A stretch of 63,680 bases of DNA, the filler included, from Octopus bimaculoides (Eukaryota): assembly GCF_001194135.2 (NCBI RefSeq). It is 5 parts of 5 records of this genome, joined end to end, with 100 filler letters (N's around TTAATTAATTAA, not from the genome) between each part and the next. Parts side by side here need not be neighbours in the genome. Positions count along the whole stretch, not along the records: positions 39,282 to 45,358 come from NC_068988.1; positions 45,459 to 55,441 come from NC_068986.1; 3 more parts are not named here. One strand, written 5' to 3'. The position numbers were made by a program, and so were the translations under genes. The notes beneath the pieces were generated by a model. It ran no database searches, was not told the DNA's origin, and was given only the letters and a program-made list of their open reading frames with translations. This document shows positions 42,371 to 55,330 of this stretch, piece after piece; position 1 is the stretch's first letter; each line of letters starts with the position of its first letter.

Positions 42371-43455
42371 TTTCAACACCAAATCCAGTTACTTAGGTCT
42401 GGCGTAGAATGTTTAAAAAAACCTTAAGTTTGACAAGACTATCAAACCGACAAAAATCCGAAAATTAAAGAAAAAATATAGTATGAAAACTATATTTGAC
42501 ATCAATATCATCATAGAAAATATCAAGAAAAAGGTATGTGCTAAAACCGCCCACATAGCAACGTATGACATGCGCGTTATCTTCTTCAAGGGCAACAACG
42601 TGTTCAATAATAATCCAAAAAACATTTAAAGGCAGATAGAGAAAATACCAGTTACAGTAAAATCTGTCCCATCAAAACAAGAAATGCAGGAACTGTAGAA
42701 TAAAATTTGAGCAGAAAAAAAAAAACACAATGAAAAGACCCCTTAGATTGATTAGACTTACAACAGTAACATTCGGAGGGTATCATCGTAGAGGATATAA
42801 GATCTGCCCTCAGGAAGTCATGCAAAAGGAAGTCTCCAGGAAAGGATAAAATTCCTAACTTCTGGCTGTATGCCTTCCAAGAGAGACATGATCTGCTAAC
42901 AAAACTTTACAGCAATGTTTTGCAAAAATGTAACGTGATTCCCTCATGGCTAGTTACTGTTGTAACATTCTTACTTCCAGAAAATGAAGAAACAAGTGAA
43001 CCAAAACATTCTAGACCCATTACCTGCCTAACGACAATTTATAAAATGCTAACATTTGTCTTGACTGAATATACTTATAGTTATTTTAATAAGTGGCATA
43101 TTCACTAATGAGTAAAAGGGATGCAAACGTAGGCCTACGGTTGTAAAGATCAACTCCTCATGAATAAGATAAACTTGTCGATAGCCTGGATAGAATATAA
43201 AAAGCTTTTCATAGTCTACCACATAACTGGATTGAGAAATGTCTGGAAAAGTATAAAATAGCATCTATTCTACGAAACTTCTTTTCTCTCAGTATGAGAT
43301 CATGGAGAACCACACTGACTTTGAACAGTGACAATGAATCTCTTAATGCTGGAGGTGTAAGTATTTCATGTGGCATTTTCCAGAGTGGATCTGTATCACC
43401 ACTCCTTTTTTATCTAGCCTTAAAACATCTCTCTAAATTGTTCGATGATTTACAA
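42370..43455 (+). mobile_element. R4/Dong-clade LINE, N-terminal half of RT
   Basis: FNNNPKTF, KSPGKDKIPNFWL, RPITCLTTIYKMLT, GIFQSGSVSPLLFYLAL..QYG. Preceded by (AAT)n. Confidence 0.8.
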
Positions 43456-44545
43456 TACGGTTGTCAGTAACTATGTACCAAAAATGTCCAATTCTGATGA
43501 AACTATAGGACAGTTTTATAACGATCTAGCGAAATTATTGAGGAAAACACCAATTTCTGGCAAGCTGGTCATATTAGGAGATTTTAATGCAAGAGTTGGA
43601 AAGCACTATGTTTCAGGGCCTGTTGTAGGTCGACATGTGATTGGAAAATGCAATAAAATTGGAGTAGTTCTTTTGACGTTTTGTACTGAGAATAATCAGG
43701 TTCTCACCAACACTCTGTTTAAGCAGAAAATAAATAGAAAACCACCTGCATGCACCTAAGATCTAAGCACTGACATCTCATAGATTATATTTTGATCAGG
43801 AAACGTAATATGAAAGACGTTTCTATTGTTCGTTTCATGACAGGGGCAGAGAACTGGACTGACCATCATCTAGTGCGTGGAAAAATAGATTTTTTGATAA
43901 TGCCTAAAAATCAATAGTCTGGCCCTAAGGTGCCCAAAAAGTTAAATGTTACAAACTTTAAATTATCAAGCAACTTGAAAAGATTTGACAATGCTATAGA
44001 AAGTATCAATCTTGACCAAAACAATCTATGAGAAGATTTCAAAACAAAAGTATTTTAGGCTGCAAGTTCATCAGTGGGATTTAAATCTCATTAATCCAGT
44101 GACAGGTTTCCAGATATATCAGCAGAAATTTTTCTCATCTACTTTTAGAAAAACAAAACATAGGAAATACACTTCTTTCTCAGTCCTTGAACCCTATCTC
44201 AGTCAAAACTTCAGAAGGCAGAAAAAGAAAGTATAGATTGCTCTAAGGAAAATGAAGCAAGAATGCTGGAATGATAGAGCAAAATGGGCACAAGAAGCAG
44301 CTGATAGGAATAATGCTAAAGGTTTGTACTCTATTCAGCCTATATGTCTGTGCACACCTTTGAACGCAGTGTCTGCTAGAAGGCTTGCAAATCCAACGGA
44401 GGCCTCAAAAGACATGTTAAGATCCACAAATAGCAGAATTTATCTACAGGTCTTGGTGTTCCAAATCGGAGGTGCAATCTATGTGAGTGTCTTTTCAGAA
44501 CATTGGCTGGTTTAAAAAGCGACACCAGATGCCATGATGTACTCT
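43455..44545 (+). mobile_element. Internally deleted RTE-clade LINE (endonuclease part + C-terminal zinc-finger tail, no RT)
   Basis: VILGDFNARVG, LTNTLF, HLIDYIL, TDHHLV, AQEAADRNNAKGLY, then directly C.KACKSNGGLKRH..H and CNLC..FRTLAGLK. Confidence 0.75.
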
Positions 44546-45458
44546 GTATAATGATTAGACAACCATATATATATATGCATGTGCATGCGTGACTATGCGT
44601 GTGCGTGTGTATGTTTATGTGTCAAACAGTTGAAACTTAAAGGTCAGCTACAAGCAATCGCGTTTGTAACCAACCATGAAGAAGAAATCAGCAGTACTAT
44701 AAAATAAAATGTCAATTCCTTTAAAACGGCAAGCACTTTAACAGTAGCGCAATGACCATCCTACTACATCTACACATACAAAACGGCCCTTCACACTGTT
44801 AATCTCAGTGACTACTACTAGATTCAAACTACGAGAGACAGAGATGATGTTCCTGAAGCCGAGGATATTAAACTTAGTGAAACTGTATTTATATATAGCT
44901 GGAGGAACACAGCTAAATTCCATAACGCATGGAAACAGTTGCATACTGAAGTAACTGCACCACTGGAGAACTACGCTGCGTGAAAACATTTTTAATGATT
45001 AAGAAACAAATGCCTTCCCGTAAAACTTGTTGACTCCAATTTTTTTCAAGTATCTATTCACACACGACAGATGCACAAATGCAAAACTAGTATATATAAT
45101 ACTAATACTGGATAGCACAGGGTAAACCTGAAGGTGGACGAGCTTTATACTGTGTTCTACTACTTTCTTAAGATCATATACCGTAACTATATGTATGTAT
45201 GTGTTGATGTATGTGAGTATCTGTATGTGTGTGCATGTATGTATTTATATTTATAATATATATAAATACATATATAGACATATATGTATATATGCATACA
45301 CACACACGCACACAAATATATAAATATATATATATATATTTATATATATTCACATGTANNNNNNNNNNNNNNNNNNNNNNNNNNNNNNNNNNNNNNNNNN
45401 NNTTAATTAATTAANNNNNNNNNNNNNNNNNNNNNNNNNNNNNNNNNNNNNNNNNNNN

Positions 45459-46860
45459 GTATGTATTCAAAAGCCGCCAACAAAAAGTCAACCATTTGTT
45501 ATTCATAGATGACCTCAAACTTTATGGTAAAGATGAAGCCCAAGTCAGTTCCCTCATTGATACGGTGTATACCTTCAGTGCTAATATCAGAATGGAGTTC
45601 AGACTGAGAAAGTGTGGTGTGTTAGTCTTGAAGAGAGGCAAAATCAAATGTACGGACGGGCTAACGATACCATCGGGGGAGGTTATGAAGCAGATAGAAG
45701 AGACAGGCTATAAGTACTTGGGGATTTTGGAAATGGATAAATTGATGGAGAAAGAAATGACAGAAAAATTTAAGGTGGAGTACTTGTGCAGACTGAGAAT
45801 GATCCTAAAGTTGAAATTAAATGGACAGAACAAGATCGAAGCTATCAACATCTGGGCAGTTTCACTCCTTAGATATGGAGAAGGGGTACTCACATGGACA
45901 GTAGACAAACTAAACAGCTTAGACAGAAAGACAAGGAAGTTGCTAACTAGATATGGGTCACATTGCAAAGATAAGCACTAAACAAAAAATTGAAAACGAA
46001 TGAAACTGAAAATAGGTGGGTAAAGAAAAGAATGCATGGTCAATTTCATAGGGATATTGAAGATAAGACACACAGAGAAAAAAGATGGCTGTGGATGACT
46101 AAAATTGATTTAAAATTGGAAACAGAGGCTCTAATTTGTGCTGCCCAAGAGTAAGCACTAAGAACAAACTACATAAAATACAGAATAGACAATAGAAAGT
46201 GATAAGTGATAAGTGCAGAATCTGTGGACAAAACGGTGATATCGTATGGCATATTACCAGCCAATGTATGCCACTAGCCCAAAAGGAATATAAGAGATGC
46301 CATTACAATATAGCCAGGCTTGTCCATTGGACACTTTGCAACCACTTTGGACTTGACAGAGCAAAAAATTGGTATGACCACAAACCTGAAGGCATTGTTA
46401 AAAATGGAAATGCAAAGATCCTATGGGATTTTATGATTCAGTGCAACAATGAGATAGAGAATAGGAAGCCAGACATAGTCTTAATTGAGAAAGAAAACAA
46501 ACTATGCTGGATCATAGATATAGCATGCCCAGCTGACAACAAAGTATGTGATAAGGAAGAAAGAAAAGTCGAGAGATATGACAGGTAAGCTAGGGAAGTT
46601 AAGCAGTTGTGGTCGATGAAAAAAGTAGCAGTAGTACCAATAATTGTTGGAGCCCTGGGAGCAGTAAGCAAAAATCTTGAGAAGTACATGGAACAAATAA
46701 GGGCTGCAATAAGGGTGGAGCACTTGAAGAAAACAGCACTGCTTGGAACTGCTCGAATACTCCAGAAGGTGCTCGAAAAATAAGAGGTGTTACCTTAGTT
46801 CACTGGTAGTGAACAGTTGACACTGTAATACATTTCCAGCATTAGAAGCTCTGCAAAGCA
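45459..46860 (+). mobile_element. R4/Dong-clade LINE, C-terminal half (YxDD to endonuclease, 3' UTR, (AAT)n tail)
   Basis: NHLLFIDDLKLYG, YKYLGI, CRICGQNGDIVWHITSQC, RKPDIVL..IIDIACPAD, ALLGTARILQKVL. Confidence 0.9.
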
Positions 46861-46879
46861 ATAATAACAATAATAATCA

Positions 46880-49800
46880 TGATGATTTCTTTTATTTGCC
46901 ACCAGAGCAAAGTATAAGAGGGACAATACAAAGACGGACATAAAGTGTGGGGGTTTACATATAATGGAATGATAAAATAAAAAGTATACACGGTGTACAT
47001 TAGAAGAAGGGAAGTATACATAGTACATGACACTAGAAAAAGAGGAGAAAAATAAGTGATAGTGTTGGGGTCCCCTGATACAAGAGGACCTCTGGGGATA
47101 ATTAAGGAAACCCACCATCCAAGATAACCCTAAATACCAAGGATGAGAATACCAACTTCTCACGGGTCTACACTGAGAGTGGTGCTATCCACTCTTGCCA
47201 TTTTTGCAACTTTCACCCACCTTTTCATAAATTCACTCGAGGACAGCACCTCCCTCTCTACCCTCACTTTCCTTTTCAAGTGAAACTTGAAAATGTCGAT
47301 GAGGGCTTTAACAAAGAGGAATGCTTCTGTCCTCATTATTTTCAGCCTTGTCCACCAGATAACCTCTTTCGCCACAGCCACCAGACAAAGGAAAACTGCC
47401 TTGCCAGCCCGATTAAAGGAGGGCAGCGGGGCAACCATCATTATCAACATGGCTGACAGACGGATCTGTCCTACATGCAACAGCAGCTGTTCAACATAAC
47501 TCCATAAGTCAGCAATGCCTGGACACTGAACAAGTGCATGCAGAATGGTTTCATCACTCTACAAGCACCTCTGACAAGCCCATCTGACAGTACATCCATG
47601 CCTGTAGAGTTTATCTCAAACTGGTAGTGCTCTCCAGTAGCACTGCTAGGCCAAAAACATCTGGAAATTATCCATAACAGTCCCTGACTGCAAAGTCCTC
47701 CAGAATAGACTTGCTAGTTTGTCTTCATCGATACTTAGTGTCTCCCCCAAGGACGTTGTTGCACTTCCCTGCTACTAATCCTCTGTAAATATCTAAAACG
47801 GAACATCCACCGATCCTATTGCCTGATTTGTAAAAGACAGTGAGTGCCTGATGATATTCTATGTACCAGGCACCTAGTCTTGGCTTATCTTTTACCCAGG
47901 ACTGCAGCTCCATCAAGGAGTCGAGCTGCAGAAAGGCGTGTTTTACAAACGGAGCCCACACATGTTTACCTTCTAGAAATCACTGCAGGTGGTGCAACCT
48001 GAGTGCATGTCTATGCATTAAAAACCTTGGCATACCTAAGCTGCCATGCAAAGGAAGTTGACAACAGACCAATCATCTGACCATTGGAACATGTCCCCTC
48101 CACAAGAAAATAAACAGGATATGCTCTAAACTAATCCAGCAGTAACTGGGGCAAGGCAAAATGGTCAGTTGACAATTAATGGCAGAGACGATGTAGGCAT
48201 TCACCATCTCTGCCTAATCTGCCCATTTCTGGGTAAGAGAGGTCACCCTATTTGTCACTTCTTCCCAGTTCTTATCGACCTGGAGGTTGGGACCAAACCA
48301 GACTATAAGCAGTTTAACTGGTCCATCAGTCCAGTGTCTGACAGCATCGATCTGCCTCTCCAGGTGCCAAGTCACAATCCCACCAACTTGTTGGCATTGA
48401 TTTCAGCCTCTGCAACTGACTCATATTCCTTTACAATGGAGCCAACTGTCTCCACTTCGGAGGCATCCGACACCATGATGGTGACATCATTCACATATGC
48501 AGACACTGCCCTCCCAAGTCCAATTTCGAAAGGGAGGCCTCCTAACTTCTGCAGCATTGGCTCGAGAGCCAGCACATACAGAAGAGGTGACAGTGGGCAG
48601 CCCTAATGGACTGAACATGTGATACTAAACAGTTTTGATTGGTGGCCATTTACTTTGACTACTGAGCAGATGCCATTGTGCATTGCAGCAATCCAGCCTC
48701 TGAAAACAGGTCCAAAAGTTTTCAACTGATCTAAATTGATCAGGGCCCCACCAAAGCCAGCTTTAATCCAAGCCCTCTCTTTGATGTATTGCATAAGGTG
48801 GAGGTTGTCATGGATAGGCCTGCTGCACACATTTGTGCCTCCTCAACCAGACTACCGACGGCAAGCACAAACATTTTCATTAATACCTTGGCCAAAATTT
48901 TAAACTCTGTGTTTCACAGAGATATGGACTGAAAATTCCCTTCTACATCCCCTTTGTCAGTGTCATTTCTCAGCAGTGTTACCATACCCCAGCTAACAGC
49001 ACTAGGAATTCTTCCATTCTGCTGCCAGTTACTGTAGACATCTGCCAAGAGACTACCAAACAAATCTGGCATGAAAATATAGAATTCGTAGAGCAGACTA
49101 TCCAAACAGGGCAATTTACGACTTGTGCAATCACTCATTGCTTCTCATATTTCAGAGACTGTAATCGGCCTTTTGCAAAATCTCGCATCCGTCACTGAGA
49201 GCCATGGTGGGTCATCTAGGTTCGAAGTAAAGTTCACTACCACCATCGACCCATCACCCTCCCCAAACAGCTGCGCAAAGTGCTGCTGGAAGCCCGCACA
49301 CATCAGCTCAGAACCAAGTAGCACACGTCCTGATCTGTCAAAAACTTGATCGTAGCTTTGTTTCCATGTTATGTCTCTACCGTTCAGGCCCATCAAACAG
49401 CATTAGTTCCTTCGTGTTTTAGCACATGGGCCTTAGCTCCAATAACGCACCCTTCATGTTTTGCCTCAAAGAAATGGTCATGGGCCATTCTCACCGCTAA
49501 TACATCTGTCATGATGCTTTTACTAATAGCCTCTTCTAGTTTGCTAACTATTTCTCACTCTAATCTATTTCTTTCTATTGCTAAATGCTATCAATTCTAC
49601 TCTAATCGCTCTCTTCAGAGTGATCCACCATTGGTTGTTGACGATAGCCGCCATCAACTACCACTTAACTAGATTGCTAATCCAGTCCTTGTAGTCTTTG
49701 CAAGCCGGAGAGGATGCATTCAACTTCCAGTCACTGGGTCCCTGTCTACAGGTCCTATCTAAATCGACTGAGCAAATCAAAAATTTGTGATCTGTGTAGC

Positions 49801-50225
49801 TGACCAATTTAAATTGTAGACAACCTATGCTATCCCTATCCTCAGATCTAATAAATACTCTATCTAAATACGATCTGGATGACCCACTGTTGTTGCTCCA
49901 TGTTCACACTGGCACATCAGGGAAATCCATTCGGTACCTGTCAGAAAGCTGGAAAGTTCCCAGCAGGTTTTCAAGGCTTTTACACCCACTTCTGCTAAGT
50001 ACTAAACCCACACAGTCCTTCTGTGCATCCAAAATACTATTCCAGTCTCCCACTGGTGCAAGATATTCCCAAGAATGTTTCTAGACACCTGAAGAAATCT
50101 GGCCTTCCAGCCCTTATTGGGGCATAAACTGCCACCAGTCTAAAGGCGCAACCTTCACTGCCATTCACTTTCAGGACCACTACCCTACCATCCAGGTCCA
50201 GGAAGATAGCCCATCTTTGCAGACA
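46880..50225 (-). mobile_element. Tx1/L1-like LINE ORF2 (APE C-terminal part, RT, Cys knuckle, 3' UTR with AATAAA), decayed
   Basis: DLDGRVVVL..AFRLVAVYAP; RPIHDNL; GCPLSPLLYVLALEP; SAYVNDVT; ETILHALVQCP; KRKVRVEREVLS. Confidence 0.85.
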
Positions 50226-50524
50226 CACACACTCCCGGCCGACAGCGCTTTCGATCGCAAACTCACGGGTACGGTACCGGCCGCGTGGCTCGTATGGCAG
50301 CCGACACGTCGGCCTTTCCATCGCGCCGGCGGTTCGGCTGCGGCCTCCGCCGCCGAGGCGTCCGCATTCTCTTTGCTCGCTCACAATCGCTTCCTTCTCG
50401 CTGCCGCCACGATTCGCTCGGCCTGCTTCTTCTTTCTCGTCCGCCTGCTTCTTCTTTCTCGCCCTTCCAACAGTCTTTTATCAACATATTTTTTTTAAAT
50501 TCCTACACTACCTGGGAATTTTTC

Positions 50525-53500
50525 AATCATCATCATCATCATCATCATCATCGTTTAACATCCACTTTCCATGCTGGCATGGGCTGGACGAATTGACTGA
50601 GGATGGCTGCACCAGGCTCCAATCTGATCTGGTAGAGTTTCTACAGCTGGATGCCCTTCCTAACGCCAACCACTCCGAGAGTGTAATGGGTGCTTTTACA
50701 TGCCAGCGGTATGAGGGCCAGTCAGGTGGTACTGGCAATGGCCACACTCAAGTGGTATTTTTTACATGCCACCAGCACAAGTACCAGTAAGGCAACGCTG
50801 TTAACAATCATGCTTGAATGGTGCTTTTTATGTGCCACCAGCACGGAAGCCAGTCAGCTGCTCTGACAACGATCATGCTTGGATGGTGCTCTTAGCGCTC
50901 CACTAGCACGGATGCCAGTCATCGAATTTGATTTTGATTTCGATTTCACATGCTTCAACAGGTCTTTGCAAACAGAGTTTAGTGTCCAATGAAGGAAAGG
51001 TACACATAAGTGGGCTGGTTACACCCCTGGTATAGGCCACAGGTTATGGCCTCACTTCGCTTGCCAGGACTTCTCAAGCACAGCATATTTCCAAAGGTCT
51101 TGCTCACTAGTCATTGCCTCGGTGAGGCCTAATGTTCGAAGGTCATGCTTCACCACCTCATCCCAGGTCTTCCTGGGTCTACCTCTTCCACAGTTTCCCT
51201 CAACTGCTAGGGTGTGACACTTTTTAACACAACTATCCTCATCCATTTGCACCACATGACCATACCAGTGCAGTCGTCTCTCTTGCACACCACAACTGAT
51301 GCTTCTTAGGTCTAACTTTTCTCTCAAGGTACTTACACTCTGTCGAGTATGCACACTGACATTACACATTCATCAGAGCATACTGGCTTCATTCCTTGCA
51401 AGCTTACGCATGTCCTCACCAGTCACGGCCCATGTTTCATTGCCATGTAGTATGGCTGTTCATACATATGCATCATACAGTCTACTTTTTACTCTAAGCG
51501 AGAGGCCCTTTGTCACCAGCAGAGGTAAGAGCTCTCTGAACTTTGCCCAGGCTATTCTTATTCTAGCAGCTACACTTTCAGTGCACCCTCCCCAGCTGCT
51601 GACTTGGTCACCTAGGTAATGGAAGCTATCAACTACTTCTAGTTTTTCTCCCTGTAATGCGGCGGAAGTTGTTCTCTGCACATTTTCAGTGTTTATTGCT
51701 CCTGAGCATCTACCACATACAAAACTATCTTCCCAGTTATCCATCCTTTGATATTGCTGCACCTCTTATGTGTCCATAGCTTGCACTGGGTACATCTAAT
51801 AAGTTTCTACCTACGCCTTTTCTACAGATCAAGCAGGGCCATCTAGCTAAAGGGATTTGTGGCTTGTCTGCCTTCCTACTTAATAGGACTTTGGTTTTAG
51901 CTTGGTTGACTCTAAGGCCCTTCGATTTTAATTCTTGCTTCCACACCTGAAACTTCTCCTCTAGTTCTGATAGAAAGTCTGCAATTAGAGCAAGATCATC
52001 CGCATAGAGGAGCTCCCAGGGGCATCCTGTCTTGAATTCCTTTGTTATTGCCTGGAGGACTATGATAAATAGGAGGGGGCTGAAGACTGAATCTTGGTGG
52101 ACCCCTACTTCTACCAAGAATTCTCCACTGTACTCGTTGCCAACCCTCACCTTACTGACAGCGTCTCTGTACATGGCTTTCACAGCTCTCACTAACCATT
52201 CATCTATTCCTAGTTTCCACATTGACCACCAGATAACGGAAGCCAGGTACAGACGTTTATCTTTGGTTAGATATTTCTCTTACCAGAAATATAGCTCAGT
52301 GGTGCTTTTGCCTGGTACGAACCCAAACTGCATTTCATCTAAACTGACTCTCTTCCTAATTAGTCGATACCTCTGTAATTATCTGTATCTAAAGCGTCAC
52401 CTTTACCTTTGTAGCAGTTTACTATGGTGCTGCTACACCTGGTTAACTATACGGGTGACTAGGCTATTTTGAGCATCTCTGCGGTGATTCCTGATGGGCA
52501 GGGGACTTTCCCTGTCTTCATACTCTTAATTGCTTTATCTACCAAGGTACTGTCAATTCGGATAGCTGGCCCCTCCATTGGGTTGACATTCAGCAGACTC
52601 TCTTTCTCCCATTCATTCTCTTTATTGAGCAACTTTTCATAGTGGCGTCTTCAAACCTCTCATTGCAGCCTCGTTTAGTGCAAGTGAACCATCATCCATG
52701 CAGACACATTTCTCTCCTACGACATCACGATTCTCTCTCACAAACTGTCTTGCAACTTGAAATACCCCAATTCTTTGGTCCTCACGGCGCAGAACATTGG
52801 CAAATTTTTTTCTTATCTGCTTCCCCTATGACTAAATAAACCTGTCTCCTAGCTTCGCTATTGGCAGTCTGATACAATTCCCTGCTACCACCATTATTCC
52901 AGTCCTTCCAAGCTTGTTTCTTTTCTCTAATGCCCTTGTAAACAACACTGTTCCACCACCATGTTATTTTGGGGCCTTTGCACTATACACAGATCTGGTC
53001 AGTGGTCCTCAGCAGGTTGTCCCGTAGAAACCTCCAGTTGTCTTCCACATCATGTGAAGCTATATCCCCTTCTATTTTGTCAAAGGCTTCGAGTAATACG
53101 TCTCTAAATCTCTGTCCATTCACAGGATCTTTAAGCTTCCAGACCCTTCTCCTCCATGCTGGTCGTCTTCTGGGCATTCATTTAGCCCTGATCCTGAAGT
53201 CGCTAACTACCAGTCTATGTTGTGGTGTACATTCTTCGCCTAGGAAGGTTTTGGCATTTGTGAGCAGCCCTCTTTCCCTTTTTCTGGTGAGGATGTAGTC
53301 AATTTGGCTAGTGTGTCTGCCAGAACGGTAGGTGACTAGGTGACTGGCAGGTTTCCTGAAGTTAGTATTGCAAACCATAAGATCATTTGCATCACAGAAC
53401 TCCAGCAGCCTGGTTCCCTCCTCATTGCGGGAACCGAAGTCATAGCCTCGATGTACACCATGGAAGCCCCCTGTATGTTGTCCAACATGTCCATTGAAGT

Positions 53501-53990
53501 CACCTGCCACAAAGAGAAGGTCCCTGTCATTCGTCAAAGAGGTAGTCTGCCAGAGGGTGTCATAAAATCAGTCTTTCTGTCCATCAGGTAGCCCTGGCTG
53601 AGGAGCCTAGGCCAAAATAATGGTTGCTAACCCATGATGAAGCACTAATCTAATGTTAAGTATTCTGTCACGTGCTCTGACTACCTTGATTTCCTTATCA
53701 ACCCATTTCTCTGCAAGAAGTATACCCACGCCCCTGACCCTGTCTGTGTTCCCTGCCCAGATAATCTTATACCTGTGTTCTTTGCCTGTGAGAAACCTAG
53801 CAGAACCTCCTCTCTACCTTACTTCTTGGAGACAGCACAAATCGACACATCTCCATTCAAACATCTCAACAATCTCACCAGACCTACCTCTCAGTGTGCC
53901 AATGTTGAGAGTGCCAACCCTGAGGGTGTGGGAGGTGTGGGCCCATGAGACCCTGGGACGGGGGACAGCAGCGTCATGTAACTGAAAAGA
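50525..53990 (-). mobile_element. Near full-length RTE-clade LINE with PHD-like Cys insert, long 3' UTR and (GAT)n tail
   Basis: LRVGTLNIGTL, LCCLQEVR, AGDFNGHVG, SQIDYIL, QHRLVV; GVHQDSVFSPLLF, LLYADDLAL; WPCLICRKGVG..FVCGRCSG; RGRPRKTW; tail 50525-50552. Confidence 0.9.
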
Positions 53991-53999
53991 AAGCTTGCA

Positions 54000-55330
54000 T
54001 TTGACAGAATTCATAAACATATTTTTATAAACATCTGACAACATTTTAATTATAGATCTGTCCTTGGGTGCTTTGAGGGTGAAATCCTCAAATTCCTTTC
54101 CCTCTGTCACTATTTTGTTTTTGTTTTGACTTACAAAATCCATCATTTCACTGCTACACTTGTTCACAACAGTGAAATTGATGGATATGTTTCATCTACA
54201 GTTGATGGATATTTCTGAAATTCTGTAATTGGTTATTTCTGTGTTTCTGTGATTTCATGCTGTTGTTGATGATGTTGCTTTTTTGAAGTTGTTGATCTTG
54301 TTCTTATAGTTTTTGTTGGAGTGGTTGTGAATTGTGTTGCAGTTGTGGCTTCAGAATAAGTTTTTGTTGATTTCTTGGAGTACTCTCCTCCTCTTTTGCC
54401 TGCCTGCTTTTGTCATTGTGATCCATCGATTGTTCAGCTCTTCCTTCTCCATGTCATTGCAGTTGATGTTGGTTTGGGAGGAAAAGCATTCAGGAGAGAC
54501 TTGTTTTTCCGTGGTGACCAGGAGTAGACTCCTTCTTTGTCTTGATTTGGGAGTGGGTGTGAGCATGGGTGTGGGAGTAGGTGTAGGAGTCTTGAGCACT
54601 TGTTTATGATTTTGCACTTGTAGTGCTTGTAATGTTGGCAGCAGTGGGACATTATTTTTCCTTGTTTCAGGACATAAAGTCTTTAAGTGATTTACAGATC
54701 CACATATGTGGCATCTTGGCTTTCTACCCTCCATGAACACTGACATGTGAGTACCATCCAGGAGATCAATTAGATCGGGCAGCTGGTCGATATGGTCCTG
54801 CTTGCATTGCAAGATCAGTTCCTTACCTATACCTAACCAGTTTTGCTTAGGTAGTTTCTTGACCTCCAATATTGTGACTTCATCTTCTTCTAGACCTGCC
54901 AAGATGGCCGCCACTAACCAGGTGATGGATATTTCTGGCGGCATATTCAGCATCCTAATGTTGGCAAGGTATTGGCTGGGGATTAAGAAAAAGTTCTCAT
55001 TCCTCAAAGTGGTTGCAGAATTACATCTAGCTTCTTCCATCCCAAATCTCACTTCAATTGTTCCAAACTTCTTTCCTCAGGTGATGCGGGTCTTTTTGTA
55101 CTTCACTCTCAGGAGCATTTTCCACCTACCAAGACTTGACTCCAATGCAACGGTATGCTACCATACATCTTGCAATATTTTCTATGATGTCACTTGGAGG
55201 GTTTGGAGCTACCCTTCTCCCATCTCTTTTTACAATTTTTCTTGCCAATTTTAATTCTTCTTCATCTATGTGGAAACTTTCAATATTTCCCGCCGCGTTT
55301 TTGTTTCATTTCTTTCATGTTGTTGTTGTT
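54000..55330 (-). mobile_element. Tx1/L1-like ORF1 remnant with CCHC zinc knuckle
   Basis: ORF 54351-55052 contains CHICGSVNHLKTLC (C-x2-C-x4-H-x4-C), preceded by an RRM-like segment (GTIEVRF..NMPPEI..WLVAAIL) and followed by a low-complexity linker. Confidence 0.75.

Noticed and set aside
44740-44990. Coding-like stretch (RDRDDVPEAEDIKLS..AKFHNAWKQ)
   Set aside because: In-frame stops and no identifiable family.
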